Assembly: GCA_020054205.1 (NCBI GenBank)
Contig: JAGVLS010000020.1
Coordinates: 93,223-157,222 of the forward strand
Reading direction: 5' to 3'
Length of the DNA: 64,000 nucleotides
Origin: Candidatus Obscuribacterales bacterium
Lineage (GTDB): Bacteria; Cyanobacteriota; Vampirovibrionia; Obscuribacterales; Obscuribacteraceae
Both the position numbers and the translations under genes were made by a program. Positions 21,919 to 32,025 of this stretch are shown in pieces. Position 1 is the first letter of the stretch. Each line of letters opens with the position of its first letter. The notes beneath the pieces were generated by a model, which saw only the letters and a program-made list of their open reading frames with translations, was not told the origin of the DNA and did not search any database.

Positions 21919-24900
21919 ATGGTAACTGGTACAGATAAGAAAGAGACATTTGAATTCATAAATACAATAGTAGACAAGAAAAAACTTGGCTCATTATTGT
22001 CCAACATTTTTGAAAAATATGGCACAGCTTGTTCTGCAGAGTTGTCCAATGCTCTTAAAGATCTTGGTTTTAAATATGCCACTAAAGCGGGCGTGACCAT
22101 ATCTATTGATGATCTTGATGTACCGGAAACAAAACGTGCCTTAATATCTAGTGCTGAAAAAGAAATTGAAGCTGCCCAACGCCGTTATGAGCGTGGTGAT
22201 ATTACTGAAGTTGAAAGATACAACAAAGTAATCGATACCTGGTCAGCAACCACAGATCAGTTAACTAAGGAAGTAGTAGATAATTTCGATCGTCTAAATC
22301 CTGTATATATGATGGCATTCTCAGGTGCTAGAGGTAATATCAGCCAAGTTAGACAATTAGTTGGTATGCGAGGCTTGATGGCTGATTCGCAAGGTCAAAT
22401 TATAGATTTGCCAATTAAAGCTAATTTCCGTGAAGGATTAAGTGTGACGGAGTACATTATTTCGAGTTATGGTGCAAGAAAAGGTCTGGTAGATACAGCG
22501 CTTAAAACAGCTGACTCAGGATATTTAACTCGTAGACTTGTAGATGTTGCCCAAGATGTAATTGTTCGCGATGATGATTGTAAAACCAGCCGTTTTATTA
22601 TCATGGGTCCAATTATGGAAGGTGATAAGAGAACAGTTAAACTGGAAGATCGTGTAACTGGACGCTATTTGGTAGCTGATGTAGTAGATGAGTCGACAGG
22701 TGAAGTTTTAGCTAGAGCTGGCGATATGCTAACACGTGCTCAAACCAAAATACTCGATGCCAAAAATGTAAGATGGGTAAAAGTACGTTCGCCATTGCAG
22801 TGTGAAAGCCAATATGGCGTTTGTCAAAAATGTTATGGCTATTCATTAACAAGTAATGCTCTTGTGGATACTGGCGAAGCTATTGGTATTATTGCAGCGC
22901 AATCAATTGGTGAGCCTGGAACTCAGCTAACAATGAGAACATTCCACACTGGTGGAGCGGTAGCTTCTGGTGGTGCTCGTACACAGATTAAAGCACCAGT
23001 AAATGGTGTTGTTACATTCAAAATTCCAAGTCGTTCTGTACGTACAGCTTATGGTGATGTGGTTGAACAAACTACAAAAGATGGCAAATTAGCTGTCTCC
23101 GATGGAAAACGAGAAGGCAGTGTACATATTCCTAGTGGAAGCTTATTGCTTATCAATAGCGGAGCAGAAGTAACACAAGGACAAGTTTTAGTTGAATATG
23201 ATCCACCAGGTGCTAAAAAAGCAATGACAGAAAGAGCAAGCAAAGATATTAATGCTGGTGTTTCTGGACGTATCATGTTCCAAGGCTTCCAAGCTGATGA
23301 GAAAAGAGATAGACAAGGAAATATTTCACGTACTGCTAATCGTGCCGGTATTATTTGGGTTTTGGAAGGCGATGTGTACAACTTACCGACTGGCGCTCAT
23401 GTAGTAGTAAAAGATGGACAAGAAGTTGTTACTCATGATGTTTTGGCTGAAATTACAATCAATACAGAACATGGTGGAGAAGTGCGTTTTGGTCCTGATT
23501 TAGAAACAGAAATGGTGAAATCAGGTCGTAAAACTGTAGCTAAACTAGTCAAAGGTAAAGAAATCAATGTTGTCATAGCATCAGTTGGTGCAGGCAATGC
23601 TAAGTTGGAAACAGCAAAGCAAGGCAATACATGGAGAGTGCCTAAGACCAAAGAAGGCTATACGATAAAAGTAGTAAATGATGAATCAGTAGAAAACGGC
23701 AAAATTATTGCTGAACTCATGGATGATGGTGTCAATGTAGTTACAGCTGGTGGCGAAATAATTTATGACGGTGTCGAAATTGATGATCGTCGTGTTATTA
23801 CAAAACCAGGAAAAGTACTTTTCATACCTGAAGAAACTCACTTTATATCTAAAGACATAAGCTTGAAGATGAGTGAATCTGGCGATTTAGTTATGGCTGG
23901 ACAGGAAGTAGTAAAAGATGTTTTTGCTCACTTGGAAGGTATTATTGAAATCGTTGCTGATAATGACATTATCCACGAAGTCATTATTCGACCAGGCGAA
24001 TTAATCACACTTGAAAATATTGAAGACTTGAAAGTTAATGATGGTGACATCGTTGACGTTGATACTGAAATTCTTCCAGGACATAAAGTCGATGGTAGAA
24101 AGATGGTTACGGTGATCGAAAAAGAAGATGGTAAGACTCAAATTCTAGTTAGACCTGTACAAGAATATTGGGTTGAGCCAAGAGAAGTTAAGTTCAAATA
24201 CAAATCAACTGATGAGAAGATAAGTTTACGTCCAGTAACTCAACTTCTATTTAGAGATAGGGAAAAAGTTCGTCATTTGCAAGGCGCACAACTAACACGT
24301 ACAAGTTTAGTTCTGCAATTGCAAGGAGTGCTTACTCAATTAAAAGGTATTGTAGAGATTGGGGAAGAATTACATATTGTTGTGCAAGAAAATATTCTCT
24401 TGCGCCGAGATAGTGAGCTGAATGTAACTTTGTTAGCTGTGGAACCTGGTCAAGTTATACCAGCCAATTCACCGGTAGCAACTACGCAAGTGCTAACAAA
24501 AGGACCGGCTCGAGTTCAACTCTCGAAAACAGACGAGCGAAGAATTTTGCTTATTACTGAAGAACAGCAATATGTGCAAAAGACCAAAGGTGCCGTTACT
24601 GTTGCTGAAGGTGATTTGGTAAGAACCAATGATTTAGTTTCCAAATCAGCAAGTGCATCTCATTCAGGACAAGTAGTACGTGTAGATGGCAGTGATGTGA
24701 TTATTAGACGTGGACGTCCATATCTAATCTCTGGTAATACTCAATTGCAATGCGAAGATGGCGCTCTTGTACAAAGAGGCGACTTGATGGCTACTCTTAT
24801 TTTTGAAAGACAAAAAACAGGAGACATCGTTCAAGGTTTGCCACGGGTAGAAGAATTGCTTGAAGCTCGTAAACCAAAAGAAAGTGCTATTTTGGCAGAA

Positions 24901-25596
24901 AAGCCAGGTAGAGCAAAAGTGGTTGTGGAAGATGATGTAAAACGTCTGGTAATTGTTTATGGTGAAGGTAGTGAAGAAGAAATTGTTGTTCCTGCCGGTT
25001 TAAATATTTTTGTTGAAGATGGCGAACAAATCAATGTTGGTACTGCTTTAACCGATGGACCACCTAATCCACACGATGTTGTGAGATTGCTTGGTATTGA
25101 AGCTGCACAAAAATATCTTGTGGATGAAGTGCAATCAGTTTATCGTTCGCAAGGTGTAGATATTGCTGACAAACATATTGAAGTAATAGTTAGACAAATG
25201 ACTCGTAAAGTAAAAGTTGACGAGCCAGGCGATACAACTTTATTGCCAGGAGAATTGTTGGAGCGCTATCTAGCTGAAATTGAAAATGAAAAGGCTAGAC
25301 AAAACGGTATGAGAGAATGCCTATATACTTCAGTTTTACTGGGTATTACAAAGGCAAGCTTAAATACTGAAAGCTTTATTTCAGCTGCTTCATTCCAAGA
25401 AACAACGAGAATCCTTACAGAGGCTGCTGTAGAAGGTAAGAAAGACTGGTTGCGTGGACTAAAAGAAAACGTAATTATTGGTCGCCTTATACCAGCTGGT
25501 ACCGGTTTCCCTGGTCATGTTGCACCACCTGAAGAAGAGCAGCATGAAGAAGATATCTATCCACCAATTGGTGAAGGTAGCTTTACAGCTCCTTAG
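21919..25596 (+). CDS. rpoC2: RNA polymerase subunit beta-prime (C-terminal half), with a very large trigger-loop insertion
   Basis: Bridge helix/F-loop region GARKGLVDTALKTADSGYLTRRLVD. Trigger-loop halves MRTFHTGG and DIVQGLPRVEELLEARKP are separated by about 600 aa. Confidence 0.95.
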   Translation: MVTGTDKKETFEFINTIVDKKKLGSLLSNIFEKYGTACSAELSNALKDLGFKYATKAGVTISIDDLDVPETKRALISSAEKEIEAAQRRYERGDITEVERYNKVIDTWSATTDQLTKEVVDNFDRLNPVYMMAFSGARGNISQVRQLVGMRGLMADSQGQIIDLPIKANFREGLSVTEYIISSYGARKGLVDTALKTADSGYLTRRLVDVAQDVIVRDDDCKTSRFIIMGPIMEGDKRTVKLEDRVTGRYLVADVVDESTGEVLARAGDMLTRAQTKILDAKNVRWVKVRSPLQCESQYGVCQKCYGYSLTSNALVDTGEAIGIIAAQSIGEPGTQLTMRTFHTGGAVASGGARTQIKAPVNGVVTFKIPSRSVRTAYGDVVEQTTKDGKLAVSDGKREGSVHIPSGSLLLINSGAEVTQGQVLVEYDPPGAKKAMTERASKDINAGVSGRIMFQGFQADEKRDRQGNISRTANRAGIIWVLEGDVYNLPTGAHVVVKDGQEVVTHDVLAEITINTEHGGEVRFGPDLETEMVKSGRKTVAKLVKGKEINVVIASVGAGNAKLETAKQGNTWRVPKTKEGYTIKVVNDESVENGKIIAELMDDGVNVVTAGGEIIYDGVEIDDRRVITKPGKVLFIPEETHFISKDISLKMSESGDLVMAGQEVVKDVFAHLEGIIEIVADNDIIHEVIIRPGELITLENIEDLKVNDGDIVDVDTEILPGHKVDGRKMVTVIEKEDGKTQILVRPVQEYWVEPREVKFKYKSTDEKISLRPVTQLLFRDREKVRHLQGAQLTRTSLVLQLQGVLTQLKGIVEIGEELHIVVQENILLRRDSELNVTLLAVEPGQVIPANSPVATTQVLTKGPARVQLSKTDERRILLITEEQQYVQKTKGAVTVAEGDLVRTNDLVSKSASASHSGQVVRVDGSDVIIRRGRPYLISGNTQLQCEDGALVQRGDLMATLIFERQKTGDIVQGLPRVEELLEARKPKESAILAEKPGRAKVVVEDDVKRLVIVYGEGSEEEIVVPAGLNIFVEDGEQINVGTALTDGPPNPHDVVRLLGIEAAQKYLVDEVQSVYRSQGVDIADKHIEVIVRQMTRKVKVDEPGDTTLLPGELLERYLAEIENEKARQNGMRECLYTSVLLGITKASLNTESFISAASFQETTRILTEAAVEGKKDWLRGLKENVIIGRLIPAGTGFPGHVAPPEEEQHEEDIYPPIGEGSFTAP
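22975..24816 (+). other. Lineage-specific insertion (SI3-like) inside the rpoC2 trigger loop
   Basis: This is the distance between TFHTGGAVASGG (ends ~22974) and TGDIVQGLPRV (starts ~24817). Boundaries were set by eye. Confidence 0.6.
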
Positions 25597-25598
25597 TC

Positions 25599-25835
25599 TT
25601 AATTGATGGTAGGAAACATATAAAATAATGCATTTGTAGGGCTTTTTGTTGCTTTATCTATGTGAATCACATAGGTAAATCCATCAAGTAATTTCCTCCT
25701 TCCCTTCCAACTCGCCTTTGCATAATGCGGGTGAACGGACTTTATAAGCTCTCTTCTTCCTTCTTTGCTCATCTCTTTCCTCATCCTTTCCCCCTTCTTG
25801 CTCACTGCCAAGAAGTACGATTCTAGATGAGTCAA
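25599..25835 (-). pseudogene. Possible relic of a DDE/rve-type transposase N-terminus
   Basis: MSKEGRRELIKSVHPHYAKASWKGRRKLLDGF resembles the N-terminal xERRELLxxxxxRYxKASKKEKxxILDEF segment seen in many IS-encoded integrase-core transposases. The ORF stops after ~55 aa of that segment, and no catalytic domain follows in any frame. Confidence 0.35.
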
Positions 25836-25949
25836 CGTTTCCTCAATAGTTCGTTTTTTGATGAGTCAATGCGATCGGCTAATTGGTCAGAAATTTTGAA
25901 ATATTTCTGACATAATTCCGGATTGCAAAAGAATGCATTTATAGCATGA

Positions 25950-25979
25950 GGTTAAATTCCAGATTTAACCAATTTTTTT
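25950..25979 (+). terminator. Rho-independent terminator ~350 nt downstream of rpoC2
   Basis: GGTTAAAT-TCCAG-ATTTAACC followed by AATTTTTTT. A second hairpin GTCAGAAAT/ATTTCTGAC lies at 25886-25911. Confidence 0.5.
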
Positions 25980-26068
25980 GAATTTAGTTTGAACTTTTTG
26001 AGCTGTCCAAAAAATTGAAGCGGATGCTCTTATTTTGCATATGTTCTTATTTCTAAGGTTCTTACTTC

Positions 26069-26509
26069 TTATTTAGCGCGAAAATCTTGCAGCCCTAAAA
26101 TATGCCCAGCATCAAAACGTTTATGAATGCGATGAGCCAAAAAGTAAGTAAGCGGTCTGCGAGATGGATTACATTTCTGGTCTAATAATAAATGAGTTAG
26201 AACAGAAGCTGTAATACCTACTCTATATGGTTGATGGCAAGGTTTTCTAAAGAGAAAAAAGAATAAAGCCAATAATTCATATGAATGCAAAAATAAGTAT
26301 AATTTGCCACTGTAATGCTCATGCTTAGCTTCATTAAAGTGAAACCAACTCAGCTTCCAGCCATGTGCCTTTACATAATCAATAATATGATCAACATCGA
26401 TAACCCAGCCTGCCAAGAAGCTTGCAATGGCGGCTCCAGGGGATTTATAACGATGGTAAGTAGCTAATCCAACACCAGCAGATGTAATAATATGACCAAG
26501 TGTTCTCAT
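26069..26509 (-). CDS. Membrane-bound metal-dependent hydrolase-like protein (YdjM/DUF457-like)
   Basis: Small polytopic protein with His/Asp clusters: MRTLGHIITSAG, VIDVDHIIDY, LTHLLLDQ. Confidence 0.45.
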   Translation of the reverse strand: MRTLGHIITSAGVGLATYHRYKSPGAAIASFLAGWVIDVDHIIDYVKAHGWKLSWFHFNEAKHEHYSGKLYLFLHSYELLALFFFLFRKPCHQPYRVGITASVLTHLLLDQKCNPSRRPLTYFLAHRIHKRFDAGHILGLQDFRAK

Positions 26510-26700
26510 GGTAATGCCTCAGAAAAGGGGCTCTTGACAATAGATTCTGGCTTAAAACTGGCGGTTTGTATGGTTTCTATACCCATTTAGTTATCTATTA
26601 ACAACACCTTACCAAAAAAACATAAAAAGAAAAGGGGTTAACTTACGATTTACAATCAATAGGGCTTATTTTAAGAAAGGCATGCTGTCAGGAGTTGAGG

Positions 26701-27954
26701 ATGAAAGTAATTAGTGTCAATATAAAAAGTTCTGTTTTAGCAGTGTTATTTGCCACTGGGCAAATACAAATAGCTTTGGCGTATGGACAACCTGTTTTCC
26801 AACCGCCTGCTAATACTAATCCACAACCTATTAATAGATCTGTTGGTTTACCCAATACTTCGCCTAATCCACGAGCTGTTAGTTTATACAATTTAGGTCT
26901 AACTGCTTATAAGCAAGGTTCGCCTGAATCAGCAGTTATATTTTTTAGACGAGCTTGTGATCTTGATCCTAATCTTGCTGATGCTCAATATAATTTGGCA
27001 GTGATTTATCAAACACAAAAGCGCTTTAGTGATGCTATTCCACGCTTTCAGGAAGTGCTTAGAATTAAACCTGAAGATCCAGACGCTCATTTTCAACTAG
27101 GCGTGATTTTGCATGAAACAGGACGTCTTGTTGAAGCAAGACAACACTTATTGGCTATAGCTCCTAATAATATTCATTTTGCTGAGGCGCAAAAAAGAAT
27201 TTTAAATATCAATAATCAAATGAATGAAGCGCAAGCACGCATGCAAAAAAATATTGAAGGACAAAATGCAACACAGCAGCCAGTAAATAATGACCAAATG
27301 CTAAGAGGGCAAGAACAAAATATTAGTTCTGTCGATAATCAATTATCTGCTGCCAATGAGATAATGCAGTCATCTCAAGATATAGGTTCTAATCCGGTTA
27401 TAGCTTCTAACCAAGCAGGTCAAATTTCACCAGATCCAATTCAACCAGTGCAAAATTTAGTGCAGTCAATGCAAACGCAAAATTCTGTGCAAACATTCCA
27501 AAGTCCAGTGCAATCAAATGCTAGTCCTGCAAAAAGTTCAGCTAATCTTATGCCGGCAGTACCAAATATTGCTTTGCGTGTTATAGCTAGTGGCTTTTCT
27601 GCTCCAGCAGGACTAGCATTTGATCGAGTTGGTAATTTATATGTTGCAAATTATATGACTAATACAATTGATAGAATTCAACCGGACGGCACACGCACTC
27701 AATTTAGCAGTGGTATTAATTTAAGAGGACCTATTGGATTGGTCGTGGATAATAATAACAATTTGTATGTTGCTAATTATCATAGCGGTACAATTGCTCG
27801 CATTACACCAGCTGGTGTATCTACTATAATCGCCTCTGGCTTCAGCAAACCTTATTATTTGACTATGGACAATCAAGGCAATTTATATGTTAGTCAGCAA
27901 GAAGATAATTCGGTAGTTAGAATAATATTTACCCAAAACAAACCAGTGCAATAA
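26701..27954 (+). CDS. Secreted TPR + NHL-repeat (beta-propeller) protein
   Basis: Signal peptide and TPRs (LYNLGLTAYKQGSPESAVIFFRRACDLDPNLADAQYNLAVIY), then a Q/N-rich linker. NHL-like blades follow: GLAFDRVGNLYVANYMTNTIDRI, GLVVDNNNNLYVANYHSGTIARI, YLTMDNQGNLYVSQQEDNSVVRI. Confidence 0.7.
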   Translation: MKVISVNIKSSVLAVLFATGQIQIALAYGQPVFQPPANTNPQPINRSVGLPNTSPNPRAVSLYNLGLTAYKQGSPESAVIFFRRACDLDPNLADAQYNLAVIYQTQKRFSDAIPRFQEVLRIKPEDPDAHFQLGVILHETGRLVEARQHLLAIAPNNIHFAEAQKRILNINNQMNEAQARMQKNIEGQNATQQPVNNDQMLRGQEQNISSVDNQLSAANEIMQSSQDIGSNPVIASNQAGQISPDPIQPVQNLVQSMQTQNSVQTFQSPVQSNASPAKSSANLMPAVPNIALRVIASGFSAPAGLAFDRVGNLYVANYMTNTIDRIQPDGTRTQFSSGINLRGPIGLVVDNNNNLYVANYHSGTIARITPAGVSTIIASGFSKPYYLTMDNQGNLYVSQQEDNSVVRIIFTQNKPVQ

Positions 27955-27956
27955 TA

Positions 27957-28580
27957 ATGACTGCTTATTTTGATCTAACTGCATATCAATCTAATTGGCG
28001 GCGAAATGCTTATATGTTTACTGCTAATTGTTTTGGTAGTTTTTATTCAGTTTATTTTCGCGTGAGTGTGACAGGGCGGGAAAATGTTCCTGATGGTCCA
28101 TTTGTAGCGGTTGGCAATCACTTGTCTAATTGGGATCCACCAATGCTTTCTTATTCTACTAATCGTCCATTAGCTTTTTTGGCCAAGAAAGAACTTTATT
28201 CTATTCCTGTTTTAAAAACACTAATTTTGTTTTTTGGTGCCATATCCATTGATCGTGATAAACCTGAAATTTCCACATTTAAAGCAGTAAAACAAATGTT
28301 TAAATCTGGTTGGGGACTTGGTATGTTTATTGAAGGTACGCGCAGCAAAACTCCTGGTGTTTTGGGGCAGCCCCATAATGGACCTGCTTATTTTGCAAAA
28401 ACATATAAAGTACCAATAGTGCCGGTAGGAATAATTGGTACTGATAAGCCTTGGCAAAAAGCCTATGCTCATATAGGAAAACCAATAAATGCTGGCGATG
28501 ATGTAGATGAAACAACATGGCAAATTATGGAAGCACTATCGCAATTAACAGGTTTCGATTTGCCAGAACGTAAAATATAA
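27957..28580 (+). CDS. plsC: 1-acyl-sn-glycerol-3-phosphate acyltransferase
   Basis: HX4D motif GNHLSNWDPP, FIEGTRS and VPIVPVGI blocks. Confidence 0.8.
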   Translation: MTAYFDLTAYQSNWRRNAYMFTANCFGSFYSVYFRVSVTGRENVPDGPFVAVGNHLSNWDPPMLSYSTNRPLAFLAKKELYSIPVLKTLILFFGAISIDRDKPEISTFKAVKQMFKSGWGLGMFIEGTRSKTPGVLGQPHNGPAYFAKTYKVPIVPVGIIGTDKPWQKAYAHIGKPINAGDDVDETTWQIMEALSQLTGFDLPERKI

Positions 28581-28586
28581 GTTAAG

Positions 28587-30785
28587 TTATGGGATGCAAA
28601 CGTGAATACTACCAGTAAATTTGTCGTTTAGCTTTTGAATAATTTGTCTGTATTTTTTTTTGTCATTGCTTAGAAGAATAATTTGTCTTGTTGTATTTTT
28701 ATCAATTAAAAATTCAATAAGAGGTAATAATTGATCGGGGGAATGTTGTTGCGACGGATCTAGCAAGATAAGTGGCGTTTGTTTTCCGGATAATTGTGCA
28801 GAAAATGTTGCATCTCTTCCGCTAGTAATAGAAGGTATAGATTGAGAGATTTCTGGTGTACTGCGAATCAAAGTCTTCATTTTTTCAATAATTTTGACAC
28901 CTTTGTGTTCGAATTCTCTAATTAAATTGTTCAATTCTTGAGTGGAAATATTAGGGTTGGGTTTGGCAGATTCAGATTCTGATTCTTCTAGTATTTGGCA
29001 ATATTGTTTGTATGTTTCATCTACAGTAAGGTTATTGCTAAATCCTAACACTGAAAAAATTTCTATTAGGTTTTCATTGATTTTCCTAAGCCTGTCTCTT
29101 AAAAATTTTTGCTCCCGAATTTGTTCTTCCATAGTGTTTTGTCCGGATTTAAGATCTTCCAACTCGCTTAAATGATGGTTGATACACTTAGCTAATTCAA
29201 GAACAGATTGAGGAGTTGCTGAATCAACGCTCTCTTTAATTTTGTTGAAATGATGTTCTAGCTTGTTTTTTAATTCAGTTATTTTAGTTTGAGTTCTCAC
29301 AATTAATTGTTCAAGCTTGTCTAAATTGTTTGTTTTTTTCAAATAATCAGTATGTTTTTCTACATATTGTGTAAGCTCTATGCCGTTTTTAAGACCAACT
29401 TTTCTGGCTGCATCTTCCAATTTAACTTCTAGGCTGGCAATTTTAGAATGCAACTCTTGTCCTAGGTCAACTTGAGTTTGTTCACCCAGTTTTGCTTCAC
29501 GTTCTAAATCAATTTTGTAGTGTTTTTTAATTAGTGATGGTGTAATAATAAGACCAATAAATACAATTATAACTAGGGAAAGTAATATTTGTAATATCTG
29601 AGCTGAAGTATGTACAAAGAATATTGCTCCTAATAAAGCAAATGCAATTACCCCAGTGGCAAATGCCATTTTTTGTATGGTGTCAGATAGTCCTTTGCGC
29701 TTTTCGCTAATCTCGGTTTGGAGCGTGCGAGCGCGCCATGTAGCATTTTCTGATTCGGTGATTTTTTGTTTGTTCGCAAGGATAATGGCAATATAAGAAC
29801 GTATATTTTCTAATTCTTGGGGTTCAAGATTTAGCAAGACTTTTCTTATTTGGTTAAGTTCGCTAAGTTCATCAGCATTCACGCCTTCTGCCTGAACATG
29901 TTTAAGCTCTAGCTCCTTTTCTCCTTTTGTATTTTCAAGATTAGTTAAAAGATTTTGCCATTCACTAGCGACTGTTGCTAATTCATTAGCGTCAGCCTGT
30001 GTAAACTGTTGTAGCCAGTGACTAGAGGTATCAGCAAACGAGTCTAATTCTTCTAAATCTAGATTCTTCGCTTGAATATTATTGTTTATTTTTTCAATAT
30101 TTAGCTTTAAGTTTTCATGTTCATGCCAAAGATTTTCAATTGATTCTTGCTTGTCTAACAAATTAGATCGAAAAGATGAATGAACCCGCTTGATCGTGCT
30201 TTTTAAATCTTCTTGTGCAACTAAAAGATCTCTGTCTGTCTCTGTTAATTGAAAACACAAATCAAAATATTCAGCTGAGCTTGTTAATACCGCTTCTGAA
30301 TGGGAGCCATTGCTGCCATTGTCACCATTTTGCAAATCGAATGTGTTGATGTTGGAACAATGTTTTTGTAGAGCCGATAACATCTTTTCTGCAGAATCAT
30401 TTTTTTCTATAAAGGGGAAACAGGTAGATTGAAAAGACTCTAGTGATAGATTAGTTAATTCTTGCCCAATAGAATTGGTTTTGCCCACTGATAATGATTG
30501 ATTGTTATTATTGTCAAATGCCTTAGCTTCATTTGTTATAAAATCGCGTGTGACAGTTATATGGGATCCATTAATGTCTAAGTTTAACGATGCTGTTTTA
30601 TATGAATTATATGGACCGGCTGATGCTTTTTGTTGTCCATATAAAATTATGGCAATTAATTTGCCAATATGATTTTCGGGTTGGCAATCAATACCAAGAA
30701 TAAGGTTAAGCTTGTTCTTGGCGAACTCAATCTCCCACACTTTTTCATCATTTAGATTATATAGTTCTAGGCGTTCTATTAGCAT
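28587..30785 (-). CDS. Rad50/SbcC/YhaN-like coiled-coil protein with two central TM helices and degenerate nucleotide-binding motifs
   Basis: The N-terminus LIERLELYNL..LNLILGIDCQPENHIGKLIAIILYG aligns by eye to the SMC-type head, but the Walker A GxxxxGK[ST] is disrupted. The C-terminus has a signature-like QLSGKQ and Walker B-like PLILLDP (no Glu). Long heptad-rich regions flank AFATGVIAFALLGAIFFV..ILLSLVIIVFIGLIITPSLI. I place the start at the ATG at 30785, which overlaps the thiolase stop (TAATG). Confidence 0.5.
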   Translation of the reverse strand: MLIERLELYNLNDEKVWEIEFAKNKLNLILGIDCQPENHIGKLIAIILYGQQKASAGPYNSYKTASLNLDINGSHITVTRDFITNEAKAFDNNNNQSLSVGKTNSIGQELTNLSLESFQSTCFPFIEKNDSAEKMLSALQKHCSNINTFDLQNGDNGSNGSHSEAVLTSSAEYFDLCFQLTETDRDLLVAQEDLKSTIKRVHSSFRSNLLDKQESIENLWHEHENLKLNIEKINNNIQAKNLDLEELDSFADTSSHWLQQFTQADANELATVASEWQNLLTNLENTKGEKELELKHVQAEGVNADELSELNQIRKVLLNLEPQELENIRSYIAIILANKQKITESENATWRARTLQTEISEKRKGLSDTIQKMAFATGVIAFALLGAIFFVHTSAQILQILLSLVIIVFIGLIITPSLIKKHYKIDLEREAKLGEQTQVDLGQELHSKIASLEVKLEDAARKVGLKNGIELTQYVEKHTDYLKKTNNLDKLEQLIVRTQTKITELKNKLEHHFNKIKESVDSATPQSVLELAKCINHHLSELEDLKSGQNTMEEQIREQKFLRDRLRKINENLIEIFSVLGFSNNLTVDETYKQYCQILEESESESAKPNPNISTQELNNLIREFEHKGVKIIEKMKTLIRSTPEISQSIPSITSGRDATFSAQLSGKQTPLILLDPSQQHSPDQLLPLIEFLIDKNTTRQIILLSNDKKKYRQIIQKLNDKFTGSIHVCIP

Positions 30786-31987
30786 TAATGCAATCGCTCC
30801 AATATAGTAGCGATGCCTTGCCCAACACCTATACACATAGTAGCTAAGCCATATTGAGTATTGCGTTTTTGCATTTCCCAAACAAGAGTAGTAATTATAC
30901 GGGCACCACTAGCCCCTAGTGGATGACCAAGAGCAATTGATCCACCATTTACGTTTAGAATATTAGTATCGATTTTAAGCTCATTTACACAAGCTAATAC
31001 TTGTGCAGCAAAAGCCTCGTTTAATTCTATAAGTCCAATATCAGATATTTTTAGATTGGCTCTCTCAAGGACTTTTTTAGTAGCTGGCACTGGACCTATG
31101 CCCATATATGCTGGATCAACACCAGCTACTGCTGAGTTAACATAACGTGCTAATGGTTTTAAGCTAAGTGCTTTAGCTTTTTCAGATGACATTAATAATA
31201 TTGCACATGCACCATCATTAATACCAGATGAATTGCCAGCTGTCACTGTGCCTCCTTCGCGAAAAGCAGGCTTCAACTTCTCTAAATCAGCTAAAGTAGT
31301 CTGAGGGCGTGGGTGCTCGTCTTCGGCAAATGTGGTGAAATCACCTTTTTTTTGTGGAATTTTTACAGGCACAATTTCATTGTTAAATGCCTGACTAGCA
31401 AGTGCATTTTTATAACGTGTTTGACTTGCTAAAGCAAATTGATCTTGAGCAATTCTAGTTATATTGTATTTGGTAGCGACATTTTCTGCTGTTTCACCCA
31501 TTGAATATGGATGATATTGTTTTGCTAATTTATCATTTACAAAACGCCAACCAAGAGTCGTATCAATTAAAGGTATATCTCCTCTAGGATAAGCATTATT
31601 TGGTTTGCCCATGACAAAAGGTGCTCTTGTCATAGACTCAACACCGCCGGCAATATAAATATCGCCACAACCAGTTTGGATTGCTCTAGCTGCCTGAGCC
31701 ACAGCGTCCATGCTAGAACCACATAGACGATTTACTGTAGTGCCGGCAACCGACACAGGTAATTGAGCTAATAGCCCAGCCATACGTGCTACGTTTCTGT
31801 TATCTTCTCCAGCTTGATTGGCACAACCTAGTATTACATCTTCGATAGCATTAGAGTCAATGCCGGTGCAACGTATAAGCTCAGAAATACACAATGCTGC
31901 TAAATCATCAGGGCGAACATCTTTGAGTGCGCCACCATAACGGCCTATTGGTGTGCGAACAGCATTGATTATGACAACTTCTTTCAT
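30785..31987 (-). CDS. Acetyl-CoA C-acetyltransferase (thiolase II)
   Basis: MKEVVIINAVRTPIGRYGG, active-site Cys context VNRLCGSSMDA, C-terminal NGGSIALGHPLGASGARI and CIGVGQG. Confidence 0.9.
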   Translation of the reverse strand: MKEVVIINAVRTPIGRYGGALKDVRPDDLAALCISELIRCTGIDSNAIEDVILGCANQAGEDNRNVARMAGLLAQLPVSVAGTTVNRLCGSSMDAVAQAARAIQTGCGDIYIAGGVESMTRAPFVMGKPNNAYPRGDIPLIDTTLGWRFVNDKLAKQYHPYSMGETAENVATKYNITRIAQDQFALASQTRYKNALASQAFNNEIVPVKIPQKKGDFTTFAEDEHPRPQTTLADLEKLKPAFREGGTVTAGNSSGINDGACAILLMSSEKAKALSLKPLARYVNSAVAGVDPAYMGIGPVPATKKVLERANLKISDIGLIELNEAFAAQVLACVNELKIDTNILNVNGGSIALGHPLGASGARIITTLVWEMQKRNTQYGLATMCIGVGQGIATILERLH

Positions 31988-32025
31988 ACACACTTACCTC
32001 TGCATAGAGATGATTATAAACGAAG

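Noticed and set aside
30786-30881. N-terminal 32 codons of the ORF-track version of the SMC-like gene, overlapping the thiolase by 97 nt
   Set aside because: An internal ATG at 30785 forms a TAATG stop/start junction with the thiolase, and the SMC-like homology begins right there. The upstream extension is read-through of the thiolase 3' end in another frame.
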